DNA of 25,824 bases from positions 1 through 25,824 of the forward strand of contig CAZZXB010000029.1 of the NCBI GenBank assembly GCA_964658025.1, written 5' to 3'. The notes under the pieces are model-generated. The model was not told where the DNA came from and made no database searches. It saw nothing but the letters and a program-made list of their open reading frames with translations. The position numbers were made by a program, and so were the translations under genes. Position 1 is the stretch's first letter, and each line of letters opens with the position of its first letter. Below, piece after piece: positions 24,912 to 25,824 of the stretch. The DNA comes from an uncultured Janthinobacterium sp. GTDB taxonomy: Bacteria; Vulcanimicrobiota; Vulcanimicrobiia; Vulcanimicrobiales; Vulcanimicrobiaceae.

Positions 24912-25571
24912 CTAATGCACGAGATTCGTCACGAGATTGACGCCGAACGCGATGATCGACGTGTTGAACGCGAACGAGAGGAGCGCGTGCCCGAGCGTGA
25001 CGCGCCGGAGCGTTTCGTCCGCGATCGAGACGTCGGAGACCTGATACGTCATGCCGATCACGAACGAATAATAGAGAAAATCGTAGTCGTCGGGATCCGT
25101 GTCGTTGGCTGGAAAGATCAAGCGCGGCGGGTGTTTCGGGCCGATGTAGTAGAGATGCGCGTAACGGAATGCGAAGAGCGTGTGGATCAGCGACCAGCCG
25201 ATCACGACCGACGCGATCGCGAGCCCGATCGCGGTCTCGCGTTCGAGCGCCGTCGGGACCTTCGGACCCTTGCCGAGGATCGCGATCGCGGCCGCGAACC
25301 CGACGGACACCGTGACGAGCACGACGAGCAGGACGATGTTTCGGCCGGGATCGGCGCGTGCGGCGCGTTCGCGCGTGAGATCCGCGTCGTCTTGGACCAC
25401 CGTGACGAGCGCGGCGACGAGATACGCGAGCGCCGCGCCGTCGTACACGGCGACGGCGCGGACCGTTCCGTGAAGCCACGTCGGGCCGAAGAACGAGACG
25501 ACGAGTCCGACGACGATCGCGGAACCGAATCCGATCGCCCGACCCGCCCAGGCGGTACGTGCTTTTCTCAC
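24912..25571 (-). CDS. DUF1345 family membrane protein
   Basis: WSLIHTLFAFRYAHLYY, FP...PDDYDFLYYSFVIGMTYQVSD and HALLSFAFNT motifs; multiple transmembrane segments. Confidence 0.88.
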   Translation of the reverse strand: MRKARTAWAGRAIGFGSAIVVGLVVSFFGPTWLHGTVRAVAVYDGAALAYLVAALVTVVQDDADLTRERAARADPGRNIVLLVVLVTVSVGFAAAIAILGKGPKVPTALERETAIGLAIASVVIGWSLIHTLFAFRYAHLYYIGPKHPPRLIFPANDTDPDDYDFLYYSFVIGMTYQVSDVSIADETLRRVTLGHALLSFAFNTSIIAFGVNLVTNLVH

Positions 25572-25641
25572 CCCCCACGCTAACGAATCGGATCGCGCGT
25601 TCCCTGCAATGCGGCGCGACGCGCGCGGGCGCGACGGCGCC

Positions 25642-25824
25642 TCACGCGCGGGCGAGCACGACGGCGCGTTCCACGATCGCGCCGCAGCGGCGTAAGACGA
25701 TCGCGCAGTCGGCGAGCGTCGCGCCCGTCGTCACGACGTCGTCGACGAGGACGACGCGCCGTCCCGCGACGGCCGCCGGCGACTCGCACGCATAGCGCGC
25801 CGCGGCGAGAAGGCGCTCCGCGCG
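25642..25824 (-). CDS. comF: ComF-family phosphoribosyltransferase-like protein, C-terminal fragment (starts beyond the right edge)
   Basis: Manual translation gives RAERLLAAARYACESPAAVAGRRVVLVDDVVTTGATLADCAIVLRRCGAIVERAVVLARA*. The PRPP-loop DDVVTTGAT close to the C-terminus is typical of ComF. Confidence 0.8.
   Translation of the reverse strand, partial: RAERLLAAARYACESPAAVAGRRVVLVDDVVTTGATLADCAIVLRRCGAIVERAVVLARA

Noticed and set aside
120..25583. Many long alternative-frame and antisense ORFs (e.g. 951..2252 +, 2122..3591 +, 4966..6579 +, 12677..14683 -, 14506..16749 +, 22720..24291 -, 24309..25583 +)
   Set aside because: They are Arg/Ala-rich shadow frames overlapping well-supported genes, which is expected at this GC content where stop codons are scarce. 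They carry no recognisable motifs.
25575..25610. GCAGGGAAC...CGTTA ECF-like promoter upstream of DUF1345
   Set aside because: The spacing between GGAAC and CGTT is 13 nt, too short for the usual ECF geometry. Support is too weak to call.

Overview
High-GC, strongly CpG-rich bacterial chromosomal segment. The style of its secreted proteins suggests Eremiobacterota/WPS-2, which is inference only. No mobile elements, CRISPR arrays or RNA genes were seen. The window holds three blocks. (1) A minus-strand, translationally coupled purine cluster built from atypical parts: purB, a PAICS-like purC fused to a degenerate PurE domain, purL, purQ, a double-domain purS, an archaeal-type purP, a secreted helical protein and a second PurP paralog. 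It is preceded by mtnA, holA and an orphan lipoprotein. (2) A divergent plus-strand HAAT/Liv-type ABC importer with a permease-ATPase fusion. (3) A minus-strand riboflavin cluster: comF, DUF1345, DUF427, ribD (5' end frameshifted), ribE, two Zn-dependent MDR dehydrogenases, HTH-ribBA, ribH, followed by a secreted protein. The most notable feature is RibBA with an N-terminal XRE-type helix-turn-helix. It sits directly behind a perfect 16-bp inverted repeat that overlaps a likely leaderless promoter, making it a candidate enzyme-repressor autoregulation system for flavin synthesis, and no FMN riboswitch is visible. Other highlights are the mosaic archaeal/metazoan-like purine pathway and the NAD/NADP-type dehydrogenase pair inside the rib cluster.
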